From Eledone cirrhosa (lineage: Eukaryota), in contig OZ024743.1 of the NCBI GenBank assembly GCA_964016885.1, positions 96,348,001-96,412,000 of the forward strand: 64,000 nucleotides of DNA, given 5' to 3'. The notes beneath the pieces are model-generated. The model was given only the letters and a program-made list of their open reading frames with translations, did no database searches and was not told where the DNA came from. The position numbers and the translations under genes are program-made. Within the stretch, counting starts at the first letter, position 1; each line of letters begins with the position of its first letter. This document shows positions 12,701-27,428 of this stretch, piece by piece.

Positions 12701-14220
12701 ATATATATATACATATATTTATCGTTATCGAGCCCTCTTTGGATTATAGTCTTCAAATCTATTATTATTACTATATATATATACACTATATATATATATT
12801 ATTTGTTTGCTAAAATATTCAAATTAAATTAAATCAACAGTTAAACACGCATAGGAATAATTAGGTTGTTACCAAACGGCCAGAAGATTGATAAGTCGAC
12901 CCTAAATATTACTAATAGCTCTAGGAAAGCCATGAATGACACCACATGTTTTAACTTTGATTTTGAAAGTAGGTTTATAATTATCAATTTTTATTATACT
13001 TTTGTAGCTGTCTCGTTGGCCTAGTAGGAGGAATCATAGACAGTGGTAATCCTGGTCCGAAGTTCAATCCTGGTCGGGAGTAGGGTTCCTGGTAAACCTT
13101 TTCAGTTTTTTTCTATTGTTTGTAAAATAAAAACTGAAAAAGTTTACATTTATCATTTGGCCAGGATTGAACCCGAGGCCAGGATCTTCACCGTCTCTAG
13201 TACATACCACTAGGCCATTAAAATGTTTTGAAAATTCATTCCTATAAACCTACTTTCAAAATTTTCAAAACAAAATGATGTGGTGTCGTTCATGTCTTTC
13301 TTAATGTTATTGCTCCTCCTTAAGGTCGACTTCTAAACGACATCCTCATTTTGTTTCTAGTATCGTATATTTTGGTTTCTAGTAATTCTCTGTGGAATTG
13401 GTTGACCAAATGCTTTGCTTGATTGTTTTATTTTTTTATTTTATTTTATTCTTTCTCTTAGATTTCAGGTATTTTTTTAAAACAAAGCATTGGCTCCTAA
13501 AATACTACAGTTGGCCCTGCAATACTACTGTGGGCTCTTGTAATGCCAGCATGGGCTCCCTGGGGCTCACTTGCCATCAGGCAACCTGGCTAGTCTGCCA
13601 GGTTGCTTGATGGCAAGTGGGTCTGGACCTATCAAGTACCTTCCACATAATCTTATGTGGGACTTATTCCTTCTTTAATTGCCAGGTTGTTTTTGTGAGG
13701 GCCATGTTGGTTCTCATATCAGGTTTCCTGAAGGAGTGGAGATGTGAGTAAAAACATTGTTTAAAATGAACTTACCCTATACCCATATATCTTCGCTGAT
13801 TTCAGAATTTTCTGTGATGTAATGTGTAAAAATGGATTTGTATTTGATATTACAATTCTGTTAGAGAGGGAAGTTCTATTTATTCCTACACGAACAACTT
13901 GGATTTACATGGGGTATATTTTTTGCAGTAATTTCTAATCTCATAGATGGGCCACAAAATAAGATATTTTGATGGAACTGCAGTTGAAGATGTTACTGTA
14001 TCTATGTTGTGGGGGGGGGGGGGGGTCAATTGATTAGACCTAAAAACTTCTTGCCACATTAATCTTTATATCAAGCAAAAAGTGGGGTCTGAACCAGATA
14101 CTTCTTTTTCTGTCAACATTTTTCAAACAAAAGGTTGAGAGAACACATCAATTGTGTTAAGAGTATGACAACTTTACTAATGCCATGATAAAATGCATCT
14201 AGTCATATATATATATATAT

Positions 14221-14517
14221 CATTCATCATTTCATTTTACGTCCACTTTTCCCTGCTTGCAAGGGTGGGACGGGAACTGATTCTGGCTTGATTTCTACAG
14301 CTGGATCCCCTTCCTAACACCAACCTCATTTACAGTGAGTGCTGGGTCCTTTTTTGCCGTGGCACCTCCACAACCACTTTGCAGTGGAATGATAGGGATC
14401 CCAGTCCCTATAATCTCATTTCTACAGCTGAGTAAACTGGAGCAATGTGAAATAAAGTGCCTTGCTCAAGGAAACAACACATCACCCAATGCTCTAACCA
14501 CTAAGCCATGTGCCTCC
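14221..14517 (-). mobile_element. tRNA-derived CORE-type SINE with RTE-like tail (partial copies also at 15217-15455, 48970-49132, 54253-54535)
   Basis: Matches the 37903-38250 copy: ccttgagcaag.cactttatttc CORE-like block and ggacgtaaaatg(atg)n tail. Confidence 0.8.
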
Positions 14518-16017
14518 ATATATATATATATACTATAAATTATGTCCTTAGAATCATTTGATAAGATATATACTCAATTTCCTCTCCCAATTAGCATAAT
14601 CAACCACACAAAAAACCAATTAAACCAAGCTATAAGATTAAAAGGCACCTGTGAAGAAATAATAGATAAATAAACGATAGCCATCTATTTGCGGTCAACA
14701 GCCATAGTATATTTACCCACCATTTCAATATCACGTGGAAATCGATTAAATATATCGTCAACCAATTAGGTATAAAATTAAAGTTAGGAGAAAAAATGCA
14801 TATACACGTACCAGGATTACGTTTCTAACCTTTAGGGTTTCTTTGCTTTCGGAAATATCCTATCAAGGATAAATTTTCAAGCTTCGAACTCATCCGGAAA
14901 CAAACTCACTTGGACAAAGATTTTTCTTAAATAATCCCCGCCTGAAACGAATTCAAAATGGCTAAGAACTGTGACGTGGCAGTGGTCAAGTCAGAAAGAA
15001 TGTGATTGGTGCCTTACGGCTAGTAGGTTGGTTGCTAGAAAGCACAGCCTAATATTGCCTAAATTGCATCTCAACCTTATGGGAGATTATCAAATATATA
15101 GATTTACATATACACAAACTAGACAAAGTCATAGATATGTTTTTGGCAACCATTCACGATGTGGCTCAATGATGAATTAATAAATTAAATAATCAGAGCA
15201 ATATACTATAAATTACTTCCTAACACCAACCTCATTTACAGTGAGTGCTGGGTGCTTTTTTTCCGTGCTGCCTCCACGACCACTTTGCAGTGGAATGATA
15301 GGGACCCCAGACCTATCATCTCATTTCTACAGCTGAGTAAACTGGAGCAATATGAAATAAAGTGTCTTGCTCAAGGAAACAACACAGCACCTGGTCTGAG
15401 AATAGAACTCACAACCTTTCAATTACAAGGCCAATGCTCTAACCACTAAGCCACATGATAGAAACAAGGGTTGCAAGGACTCTGCAATTGTATGAAGAGC
15501 ACACCTCATTAGTGTTGTTGCTACAATAAAAAGCACCCAGTACATTCTCTAAACAGTTTTGTGATAAGAAGGGCTTCCAGTCATTGTATAGTTGCCAAAC
15601 AAAGTATTGAGTTATGATAAAGATATGACAGCCTCCTTAGTGCAGGTGTGATGGTAAAACACACTCAATGCAATCTGTAAGGTGAGATGCAGCCTCTTGC
15701 CCATCTGAGAAGTAAGTGACACCAATTAGATACTGACATGGTTTCTGATGACCCATCCAACATTTGCTAGTAAAGAAAACAGATGTTAAATAACGATGAT
15801 GGTGATGATAATACATATATATCCTTACACACAGATATAAATTATGCTTCATAATGCAGAGATTAGATTCCTTTATGTAGTCAATATTTTTAACATGAGA
15901 GTGTTATCAATTAACTTTCAAATTTCTTCTTCGCCATAGTTGTCATAATTCTCATGCTATTTCTATGAGATCTTTTCTCCATTAGAACTGCATTAAAATG
16001 CTATTATTATTATGATT

Positions 16018-16058
<41 letters not shown>

Positions 16059-16249
16059 AAATAGTAGCTACTATGACTGCTGTCATTACCACCATCACTG
16101 CAGTCACCTGTGTCATCACCATTACCACCATTATAGTTTTATGTAAGAATCTTTGTCTTCTTTCAAACACAAGCTTAATAATAGTTTGTGATTTTGGCAC
16201 AAGGTCAATAATTTTAGAAGAGAGGAAAGTCATAAGACAGTGTACTTCA

Positions 16250-17130
16250 GGACCGGCTGTGGAATGTTGTGCAGGAGTATCGGGTCGATGGTCAGCTTCT
16301 TGCTGTCCTGGTGTCTCTATACAAATGCCTGAGTATTTATTTTTGGATAAATGGTACTAAATTGGTTGGAATTTGCAAACAACATGGTGTTACTTAACTT
16401 GATAGAAGATGATCTCTGATGCCAAGTGCTGCATGGCTGGAATGAAAATCACTGCTGTGAAAACTGAGACACTCATTCTCTCATGGAAGCCTCCGCAGTG
16501 CACTCTACATGTGAATGGAGTTCTACTGAAGCACGTGGGGAAGTTCAAGTATCTCAGGGCCATGTTCATGAGTGATGGAAGGCAGGAGGCTGAATTAAGT
16601 GCAAGAATTGCAGGGGCTGGTGCAGTAATGCACCACCTTCAGAATTCAGTCATCAGAAGAAGCAAGGTAGTTGTAGAGGCCAAACATGTTATCTTCAATT
16701 TGGTATTCGTGCCAACCTTTACCTATGGTCATGAATATGACTGCAAATACAAGTAGCCAAAATGGGGTTCCTCTGAAGGGTCTTAGGAGTAACATTACTT
16801 AATAGAGTGTGTAGCTTGGAGATCAGAGTCACTCCAGGTTGAGCCGCTACTTCCCCAAATTGAGAGATCACAGCTCCGATACTATGGGCATGTGGTTAGA
16901 ATGTCTCAGGAAAAAAATAGTGGAGAGATTTTATGGGCAAAACCGACAGGAGACCCAGAGGTAGAATCCGACCAAGATGATTGGATAACATAAATGAGCT
17001 TGGCTGGTCTTGCTTGGGGATCTAGCCAGATCAATTGGAGATGGTTGCTTCTGACAGGATCCGCTGGAAGGAGTGTTTGAGGACTCTGCCCTATGATCTT
17101 CTCAGGAATAAGTGGGCAAAGAAGAAGAGA
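16250..17130 (+). mobile_element. Degenerate RTE-group LINE 3' fragment
   Basis: KFKYL...ARIAGAGAVM...PTFTYGHE; related inverted copy at 29340-30240. Confidence 0.8.
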
Positions 17131-17290
17131 AAGTCGATTAAATCAACCCCAGTACATTACCTGTACTTTATTTTATCGACCCCGTAAGGATGAAAGGGAA
17201 AGCTAACCACGACAGGATTTGAACTGAGAGCATAGTGTCATAACTCTATGCCTCAAAGCATACTATCCGACACTGTATCAATACTGCCCC
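17131..17290 (-). mobile_element. tRNA-derived Nin/Deu-domain SINE (other copies at 1-25, 19502-19620, 34169-34335, 47345-47530 on +, 56508-56698)
   Basis: Shared ctttcatccttacggggtcgataaaataaagtaccag block, gagttcaaatcc B box and ggccttgtgcctaaagtagaaac tail. Confidence 0.75.
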
Positions 17291-17963
17291 CCCCCCCCCC
17301 AGCTTAATAACGAAAAAGTTATATTAATAAATCCCTTCAAATTCTTGATTATTTAAAAATTCATTTGGAAATTATAGGCAGTATCTTTCATTAGAAGCAT
17401 GGCAATGAAAGGATTAAATAAACAGGGATCTTGGAAGTGAAACCAGTGCTCTAGCCTACAGGTGTGTTGTCTTCTCTGTTGTTTTTCAAGAAATTTTACA
17501 GCAGCTTCTGTTCATTAGAGTTAGCTAGTTTTATATCATCTCAATGCATGCTTATTGAAGCTGCCTATCCCACTTTCTCTGGTTTTTGATTCTGTGTTTA
17601 CCCTCCTTGAGGGTGTGTGACTTAGTGGTTAGGAGTATTTGGCTCTTGTTCTTTTTCACCCCAAACAAAGTAATAAAGCCATTAACATAGAATGGATTAC
17701 TGAGCAGGGAAATGGTCAAGACAGAGAACACTTAATTGAAGGAGTAAGATGATGATGGCTGATGTTACTTATGTATCGTAAATTGGAGTGGTCAGTGATG
17801 GAAGAGGTGTGCGGGGGAAGAAACTATCAGAATAGAATTTAAAATTACATTTAGGAGCTTCAATTGTTAAAAGAATGGGACCCAGCTGCAAATATGTTTA
17901 AACTCATGAAGATGAGGCAAAGCCCCTCAGAACAATTTCCATGAAAATATTTATAAGAAAGGC

Positions 17964-18129
17964 CAGTATCAGATTTAGGACAAATGAGGCCCTTTGATAG
18001 TTAAGTTATGAGGCTCCTTACTTTTGAAAAATTCATCCTGAAAAAGATTTTTGGCAGAAAGATGGGCCCTGCTGGCCAATGGGGCTCTGTGCTTAAGCCC
18101 ACCAAAGCACAGTGGTAAATCTGGCACTG
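17964..18129. mobile_element. Small TIR element (hAT-like MITE) inside a CR1/Jockey-like LINE remnant
   Basis: TIRs cagtatcagattta / taaatctggcactg; flanking minus-strand LESLDKIQRR peptide. Confidence 0.5.
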
Positions 18130-18468
18130 AAAAAGACTGAGATAGAGAGACAACATTTTGACAGTGCGATAGTGATTGAAGCTGACATAAGTCAAGACCA
18201 ATAATGTTGTTGATTCTTCTTTGGATTTTATCCAGACTCTCAAGGTACACAGCAGAAGTACCAGGCCAGATGAATTTGATTCCTAGTGGTGCACTGCGTT
18301 CTTGAGCAAGACACTTTAGTTCATGTTGCTCCAGTCCACTCAGCTGGCAAAAATGAGTTGTACCTATAAGTCAAAGGACCTGTCTTGTCACACACACACT
18401 GCATCACATTGAATGACCCTGAAAATTATATTAAGGGTGCATGTATCTGTGGATGCTCAGCCACTTGC

Positions 18469-18946
18469 CAGTGATGTAGCTAGAGTGCGTGCCGCCCAGG
18501 GCAGCCACTCAGCTTTTTGTGACAGCCTGGGCCGCCACAAAAAATACATATTGCTCAATGACTCACTCTACAAATTAAATATATATATATATATATTAAC
18601 TAGTGTGTAGAATTATATTATGCTGCAGCATTAACCCTTTAGCATTTACACTACTCTATATTTACTATTATATTTTCACGCTAAACATTTTATCTTACAT
18701 AATTATCTCACATAATATTGAATCGACGTGATTTTGATATTATTTATTTTGAGAACAATACTTTAACATCAGTATGAGTGGCCTATTATGGGCAGTTTGA
18801 ACAGAAAGAGGTGAAAGAATTCTGGCCAGATAGGGCCGGTTTAAATGTTAAAGGGTTAAAGGAACACGTATAGCCTACAGCAGACTGAAAATTGCTGTCC
18901 CCCCATAAAAGTGTTACCCATGGTGCGTCACCCTCCCTAGCTACTG
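18469..18946. mobile_element. hAT-like MITE with 8-bp TSD, inserted in a SINE
   Basis: Ends cagtgatgtagctag / ctagctactg; TSD ccacttgc at 18461-18468 and 18947-18954. Confidence 0.7.
18631..18859. mobile_element. piggyBac-like MITE with TTAA TSD (copies at 41154-41382, 62513-62739; partial at 46917-47130)
   Basis: ttaa-ccctttagcattta ... taaatg(c/t)taaaggg-ttaa termini and a shared ~225-bp body. Confidence 0.85.
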
Positions 18947-21392
18947 CCACTTGCACATTAATTTCATGAGCAGGCTATTCCGTTGATTGAACAACTGGAA
19001 CTCTCAGTATCAAAACTGACAGAGATCCATACCATTCTGCGTTTCCTTTCTAAGGCTCTGTACTATGATATCCAATCCTTTCTCACCCAATGCCAACAGC
19101 CTGGAATTCCCTTACTACCTAAGTTTCCTCCACTACAGGTGTCAACTAGTATTTAAACTGAACATCAACTACATTAATCTGGTTGGTAGTGACTTGTGGT
19201 GATCAGGAGTGTAGTCCCTTTCTCCTCTATAACACTATATAGGCAGCAAATAATAAAAGTTGGATGCATATTTGCTTAGAGTGAAATAGTGATGGAAATG
19301 GGATTAGGAAGTAGTAGTAGAGTTTTATGAGGCTGAGGTTGGGTAGTAGGGGGAGTAGACACTATAAGGCCACCCACTCTGGATAGAGAAAGTTAGGGGA
19401 GTCACCATACCTTGCCACAATTTCTATTATAGAAGTGATTGATGGACGTTAGATGTCGGCTAAAGAGTAACATAAAAAATAGCTTCGATAAATGTGTCAT
19501 ATAATTGTTTCTACTTTTGGCACAAGGCCAGCAATTACTCAGTACATTACTGGTACTTTATTTTATCGACCCTGTAAGGATGAAAGGCAAAGTTAACCTC
19601 GGCGGGATTTGAACTCAGACCGATAATTGTGTCATATAATGATGTGGCTTTAGAGTAAAAGGTGCAGTTAAACCTGAGAATGGTGGACATTATAAAGACG
19701 TTACAGGACTACGTATAAGGGAAGAAATTGTGGAATTGCAGACCTAGACGACCCATGTCAGCATAGGAAAAGAGTAGTGAGGATGATGAAACAGCGTCAC
19801 CATAGTCGTAATTTTTAGGTCCGTTTCATGTGTGCATGTGTTAGATGGGTTTTTATCTAGCATAGCTTTCATGTAATGGAATTATATATTAATATGGATT
19901 TTTACGAAATTTGATAATTTGTTTATTCCCATATAATCATAATGTATATATTTCTATAATAAATGAAAATACTGCTAAATAATAATATATATGTACTTTA
20001 CTTTTTAAATAAAAAAAAAATCACGGTTATATAATAAAGCATAATTCTTTTCACGAGAGAAACACGTACATTTGTTCACCATATCAATAAAATTTCCTGA
20101 AATTGTTGCTATATAAAGAAACACACTTATTGCTTGGACACTGTCACTGTCTTGAGGTGTCACAAGATGGTCAAATATATTATATCAACCGCTAATGGAA
20201 AATAAAAACAAAATAAAAAAAAGCTTTCATTCATTTAAACATTTTAAAGATCTGCAAGAAAAAAAAAAAATGAAAGATCTGATGTATATGACTTTGAATT
20301 TTCGTCATTGAAAATTAGATTGACTAACATTATTTGCCGATTATATAAGTTAGTACAGCTGGTGACAAGGAATGTCAGTTGTAATCAAGTAGTCTACCGT
20401 TTGTTGTGGTAGTAGTATCATTGACAGTCACTATGTGGCACTAGTACATTTAAACAGCTAATAGAAATCTCTTATTTAGAACGGCGCTAATATTATTCAA
20501 TATGGTCGGTTGTCATTTATTTCTAAATAACTCCAGGAGCGTGTTTGTGTAGTAAATTGTTTTCTAATTAAGTAGTTTAACATGTGATGTTGTGAGACAA
20601 CCATTCTTAACCATACTCATACATTTACCACTGAATATTGTCATAGCCGGTGTCTTGTTAATTCCTTTCCCAAATATGAATTTATTCCGTCTAAATGCAG
20701 CAATTTTACATTCAACAGAAATGGGGAAATTATCAAATATCAGTTCATACGAATTCTTGGACAGTCCTTAAATATGTCGAGATTTCTACAATAGAGTGCC
20801 CAGATCAATATATTCATTATAATGTATAGATCTAACAATTATCGTATTATGCATGGTCTAGTACTTCCGTAGATTCCAATGTTCTTGGAGATCGACTGGG
20901 TTAATGTGTTTTACAGATTTTGAAAATAATTACAATTATTGCTTCGATTTTGGCAAATTATTATTTATGTTGTATGTACGTATAATGATTGACCCATAAG
21001 ATAACTTTAATAAATAATTCACAACTGCTTTTATACAATGTTTATGTGTCACCCACTCCTATCAAAAGAAAAAAAATTCTGGTCAATTTTATTCGTCCTG
21101 CTTTGGAGAAAATAAAGTGTTTTTATAGAAAAACTCTTGTGCAACTCTACTTCCTAATCCCGACAGAAATTATACTGGTTCCAAAATCGATATATTTAAT
21201 TCTGTAAATATATTTAATTCAAACTTTGACACACACACACAAACAGACATATATATATATATACATCCCAGAATATATGTATGTATATTGATGAATAATT
21301 ATCGTGCAGGTGCGTCCTTTATCTGCAATTTTCGTTTGTGGACTTGGACATTTTCATGCATTGCTGCATAAAGAATTAATATTCTGATCTCT

Positions 21393-21453
<61 letters not shown>

Positions 21454-23388
21454 TCAATACAGATGTACGTGTGTGTAAACGTGTGTATATGTGCGTGCAG
21501 ACATGCGATCGCCTGCAAACGGACAAACGCGTGTTCAAGCAGACACATAGCACGTGTTCATTGGGGCAGACAGAATTAGTTAGTAACAAAGAACAAAAAC
21601 AAATCGCTCTGTTAAGGTGATTTATTACGATAATATTTTATGAAAATAAGCTCTTTTGAATAAGAGAAAATCCAGCAGATGTAAATTTGGTAAATGGAAA
21701 TATTCTTTGTGAATTGACGTGAACAGATATTCTCATTTTTAATTATCTACCGCCTGATTATCAAGACTGGAAAAATTCGTTTATTTCTCCAAGACTCTCC
21801 AAGTACCATTTAGGAGGCTGTATCTCACATGTGCCATAATTTGGAATCAGCTATTCAGAATTCCAAAGCGTGCAACAGTCAGGTTTATCAGTGCCAATCG
21901 CTTGAAATTTACATTTCGACCGTTTTACATTAGTAGCATATTCCGTGTTTTACATATATTCATCCGTACTGGACTTCTTTCTTCCATAGCCTTTTCTTCT
22001 GTATTTGTCTGTTAGTTGCGGTAGCAATTTACACCATATATTTTTTCAGTCTGGTTAAGAGGTAAAACGCATCAGTCGGTCTGTCATTCATTTAGTTCGA
22101 ATAAACACCAGCTTGCTGAATATTATAGAAGAGAGAGAGGGGGGGGGGGGCTGCAATGCTATCCTGTTAGTCTTTTTGTTTTCCTTCTGCTCACAGGTTT
22201 TCTGACTGGCTTCGCTGTTGTCTTCCGTGTTATTTGTTATAGTGATGATAATAGTGATGTTGGCACAGCAGAGGAATTAGTGACCAACAATCACACACAA
22301 CACATCAGTTGCTCTTTGGATCCCCATAAAGAAGGAAATAACCAGGAGCTACATATATCTCTAATTCGTTGTTTATATTTAATATATATATATATGTGTG
22401 TGTGTGAGTGTGTATACCAAAACAATTTCTATTCGATATTTACATATATTCCAACTTCTTCTCTTCTAACCGTTTCTCATTACTCACTGTAGCGATAGTA
22501 ATAGGTGTGTTTCAACACAAACTCTTCTATCAGCTTCTCACCTTCTCCCACCACTCTTCCCCTCTCTCTATTTCCATCTCTCTCCGAGAGATTTCTCTTT
22601 TTTATATTTCTTTCTTCCCCATCTATCCTCTGTTTACCATTAGTGGTTTATACAAGCCCAACTATACAGACAGCAAACCGGAGAAATGTTATTTCTTCCA
22701 TCTCTTATAACAAGCTTTTATGTTAAATTCCAAAAATACGCACTGAATACCCTCGATTTCTATTAACAAATGGGCTTCATTCGTTCTTAGACGAACACAT
22801 ATTTATTACTTCGCCCATTAGAATACTATACATATACAAATGAAGGTTGCATCAACAAAAACTATCGAGCATTCATTCAGTCAGTCATTTTTCTATTCCT
22901 ATATAGGTGTTTATTTTTAAATCGAACAGCTTCCAAATGGAATGATTTATCCGAAAGGTATTCACCCTTTCAACACTTCAACAATATTAATTATCTTTAC
23001 CTCATTATACACCTTGATGCTTTCTCCATCTTTCTTTTAAACCTATATCAACAACAACAAACACTCACGCACTAACATAACGTACACTTGTATTGGAGCA
23101 TTTCCTGCGATATATGCATATATACAATATAAGAAATCGCCACACACGTATGTATATAGATGTAAATTTGTACATGCCTTACACTCGTCTAGCAGGTAGA
23201 CGTGCGCGTGTACGGGTACATACCTCAGCACCTCATTCAAAATTAAAACGAAACATGCACACAAGAGGTCTTTAATTTATTTGAAGAAGAAACAAAACAA
23301 AGAAAACGGAAAAAGTAATAATTAAAAGAAAAACAAGTAGCAGATAAATTAGGAATATACAGTCATCTACCAGCTCGCTCAGGGGGTG

Positions 23389-23476
<88 letters not shown>

Positions 23477-23776
23477 ATATCATTCTAATATCTATATCTA
23501 CCTATAGCTACATGACATAATTACAATCCAGCTTGCTACGTTCTAATATTTTTCTGCATTAGTGTCATTAACACCCAAACAGACATGTTAGCGTTTATGG
23601 CACCAGTTGTCGCCTTGCAGAGGCCACTTACTTGGGCATCATAAGAGAAAACGGAGAGGTAGAGGATACGGAGGACTGTCATTACATAGGAAGATAACTG
23701 CAAAGCAAACATTATTCTCCAAAAATCATTCAGCCTGGCGTCGTCTGGAGAGAGCGCTGCTTTAAAAGAAGAAAAC

Positions 23777-23893
23777 ATGTCCCACCGTTACAGTAAAAGG
23801 ACAGAATCTTTACCAAATACCCTGTCAGGGGCCATGTTTGGAAATGGGCAACACTCTCAGGAGGAAAACCCTAATTATCTTGTTTACAAAAAG
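23777..23893 (+). CDS. RGS7: First coding exon of an R7-family regulator of G-protein signalling (RGS7/RGS6/EGL-10-like)
   Basis: Peptide ends [11 protein letters not shown], resembling human RGS7 DESPNMLVYRK and EGL-10 HPNHMVYRK as recalled; followed by a perfect phase-0 donor AAG|GTAAG at 23894; alternative ATG at 23834; next exon not found in the window. Confidence 0.75.
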
Positions 23894-24027
23894 GTAAGAC
23901 CACGTCTTTTCTATAAGCAAAAAGAAAGAATCGCAGAAGTAAAGGGCGAAGATGAGGGAGAGAAAGAGAAAGTGAAAGTTTGGAAAGTAACAAAGGCTGC
24001 ATCATAGTACCATGCACATTTTCTCTT

Positions 24028-24029
<2 letters not shown>

Positions 24030-24067
<38 letters not shown>

Positions 24068-24169
24068 TATATATATATATATGTGTGTGTGTGTATATAT
24101 ATATATATATGTATATATGTGTGTATATATATGTATATATAAATATATGTATGTATGTATATATATAAA

Positions 24170-24216
<47 letters not shown>

Positions 24217-25398
24217 GTGTATATATAAATATATGTATGTATGTATATATATAAATATATGTATATATGTGTATATATATAAATATGTATATGTATATAT
24301 GTGTATATATAAATATATGTTTGTATATATATAAATATATGTATGTATATATATAAATATATGTGTATATATAAATATATGTATGTATGTATATATATAA
24401 ATATATGTATATGTATGTATATATATAAATATATGTATATGTATGTATATATATAAATATATGTATATGTATGTATATATATAAATATATGTATATGTAT
24501 GAATATATATAAATATATGTATATGTATATATATAAATATATGTATGTATATATATAAATATATGTATGTATATGTATCTATATATATGTATGTATTTAT
24601 ATGTATATGTATCTATATATATGTATATATATACCTTCACATCAAAATTCCTCGTTCTATTATCTCCCGCCTCGTATATCATTGTATACTAAAGAATTAT
24701 ATTTATTTATGCATTCAGGCATGTTGCAAGCTCATTTTTAGGATTTGTCTGCAGGACTTACAGTATATAAACGACTCAGTTCCACTTGTTGGGGGTTAAC
24801 ATTTTATATAAGAATTTTTCAGTTCTTGTACGTTTATTCCAATAATTTTCTCTTTTGGCTTGTTTTTGTTTTGCTTGGCATCGAAGTGAAGGAATTGCGA
24901 GGAATTTATTAGAAAGCATACCTTACTGGTGGAAAATGATGGAATGAATAAAATAAGAATTTGCTATATCTGAACTATTTAGTGGTCTTTTTCAAATGAA
25001 TTCCATTTATTTATTCGCCATCGACGAATAAATTTCATTCATTCATTTATTTGTCACTTCTCTCTATCTCTTCATTACCATTTCATTACCTATATATATA
25101 TATATATGTAGACAGTTGTGAATATATATATATATATTTACAACTGTCTCTCAGATTTTGTATTTATTTGCATATTCTTATATCACTGTATCATTACCAA
25201 ATATATTTGATATCTATGTTTTTAGTCTATTTCCATGTCTGTCCATACGAATATATATATATATGTTTATCCCGGGTTCAATCGGGTGTAACCACAGTAA
25301 GTAAGGTACTCAATACAAAGCAGAGTATAAATATTTAATATAGAAAAGGCTTCTACAGGACTAGAACTGTTTCATTCCGGAGAAATCATCAGGAATCC

Positions 25399-25449
<51 letters not shown>

Positions 25450-25664
25450 ATTTATATATGCATATATGTGTGTATGTAAATATGTATACATCGATGCACA
25501 TACACATGTATATACATCTATCTACTTTCTTCAATATATATAAGTTTATCCCGGGTTCAATCGGGGGGGGGGGGGGTAACCACAGTAAGTAAGGTACTCA
25601 ATACAAAGCAGAGCTTCCTGATGATTTCTCACGAATGAAACAGTTCTAGTCCTGTAGAAGCTCT

Positions 25665-25711
<47 letters not shown>

Positions 25712-26821
25712 ACGTCTAGAGCTAAAACCAGATAATGCAATATTTTAGGGTTCAGGGTTGAAAGGGCCACAGTATTTGCTCAAATATTTGAGGTGGTCTA
25801 AATGAAGTGGGTATAGATGTTTCCCCAAAGTACCCAGATGGACTAAATTATGGTAAGAAAGACTAATGGGGGTAGCAATATCTACTCAAATTCATCACAA
25901 GCCACTGAAACAATGAGGGGTATTAAAAGTACCAGCAGTAATAGTGCTGCCCCAGCATGGCCATGGTACATGAAACAGGTAAAAGAATATATGCATATTT
26001 GATTAATTGCTATTTCATGTATGCATATATATATATGTATTGATATGTGTATGTATGTATGCATGTGTGTGTATGTATATGTATGTATGCATATGTGTGA
26101 TGTGTATGTATGTATGTATGTATGTATGCATATGTGTGTATGTATATGTATGTATGTATGTATGTATGCATATGTGTGTATGTGTATGTATGTATGTATG
26201 CATATGTGTGTATGTATATGTATGTATGTATGCATATGTGTGTATGTATATGTATGTATGTATGCATATGTGTGTGTGTATATGTATGTATGCATGTATG
26301 TATTGATATGTGTATTTATGTATGCATGTGTATGTATTGATATGTGTATTTATGTATGCATATGTATGTATATGTATGTATGTGTATATATGTATGTATA
26401 CATTTATTATGGCTAAGTAGTTAATCTTGTTACTCTGGAGTTTCACCTGCACACTCACAGGGTCATCAGACAAAACATATACCTATATATATATATACAT
26501 CATCATCATCATCATTATATATATATGTATATATATATATACGTATGTATATGTGTGTGTGTGTGTATGTCTGTATAACATACATATAATGATATATATA
26601 TTTACATAATTATATATAAATATATACACATTGTGTGTATATGTATGCATAAATATAGACATATATATGTATCAATATATATATATATCAATATATATAT
26701 ATATATATGTATTGATGATGATATATATACACATATATATATATATACACACACATATATATATATATACACATATATATATATGTGTATATACACACAC
26801 ACATATATATAAATACACATA

Positions 26822-26853
<32 letters not shown>

Positions 26854-26962
26854 CACATATATATATATATACATACATATATATACATATATATATATAC
26901 ATATATATATACATATATATATATACATACATATATATACATATATATATATACACTTATAT

Positions 26963-27013
<51 letters not shown>

Positions 27014-27096
27014 TATATATATATATACACATATATATATATATATACACACATATATATATATATATATACACACACATATATATATATATACAC

Positions 27097-27131
<35 letters not shown>

Positions 27132-27175
27132 CACACATATATATATATTGTTGTATATATAAATGTGTGTGTGTG

Positions 27176-27227
<52 letters not shown>

Positions 27228-27380
27228 CACATATATGTCTGTATATATATATATATACATACACACACATGCATGCATGTATATATTATATATGTGTATC
27301 TATTTGTCTATATATGTGTGTATATATAAATATACGATATTATGTATATATATATATATGTAGGTATATATACATGTAGG

Positions 27381-27415
<35 letters not shown>
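24030..27415. repeat. Large compound TA/CA/TATG microsatellite fields (24030-24632, 26020-26400, 26480-27415)
   Basis: Directly visible; source of the spurious YI/HI/VC-rich ORFs. Confidence 0.95.
25265..25670. mobile_element. Two short non-coding PLE-end-like repeats carrying hammerhead motifs (25348-25398 on -, 25610-25664 on +)
   Basis: CTGATGA tttc nnnn gaat GAAA cag ttctagtc ctg TA gaag; shared gtaaccacagtaagtaaggtactcaatac flank. Confidence 0.75.
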
Positions 27416-27428
27416 GATAGTAATGACA

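Noticed and set aside
23536-23778. 80-aa minus-strand ORF
   Set aside because: Antisense to the RGS leader, with no recognisable homology
23894-24007. Continuation of ORF 23777-24007
   Set aside because: RGS similarity stops at the GTAAG donor, so this is read-through into the intron
24012-27379. Many long YI/VC/HT-rich ORFs
   Set aside because: Translations of simple repeats
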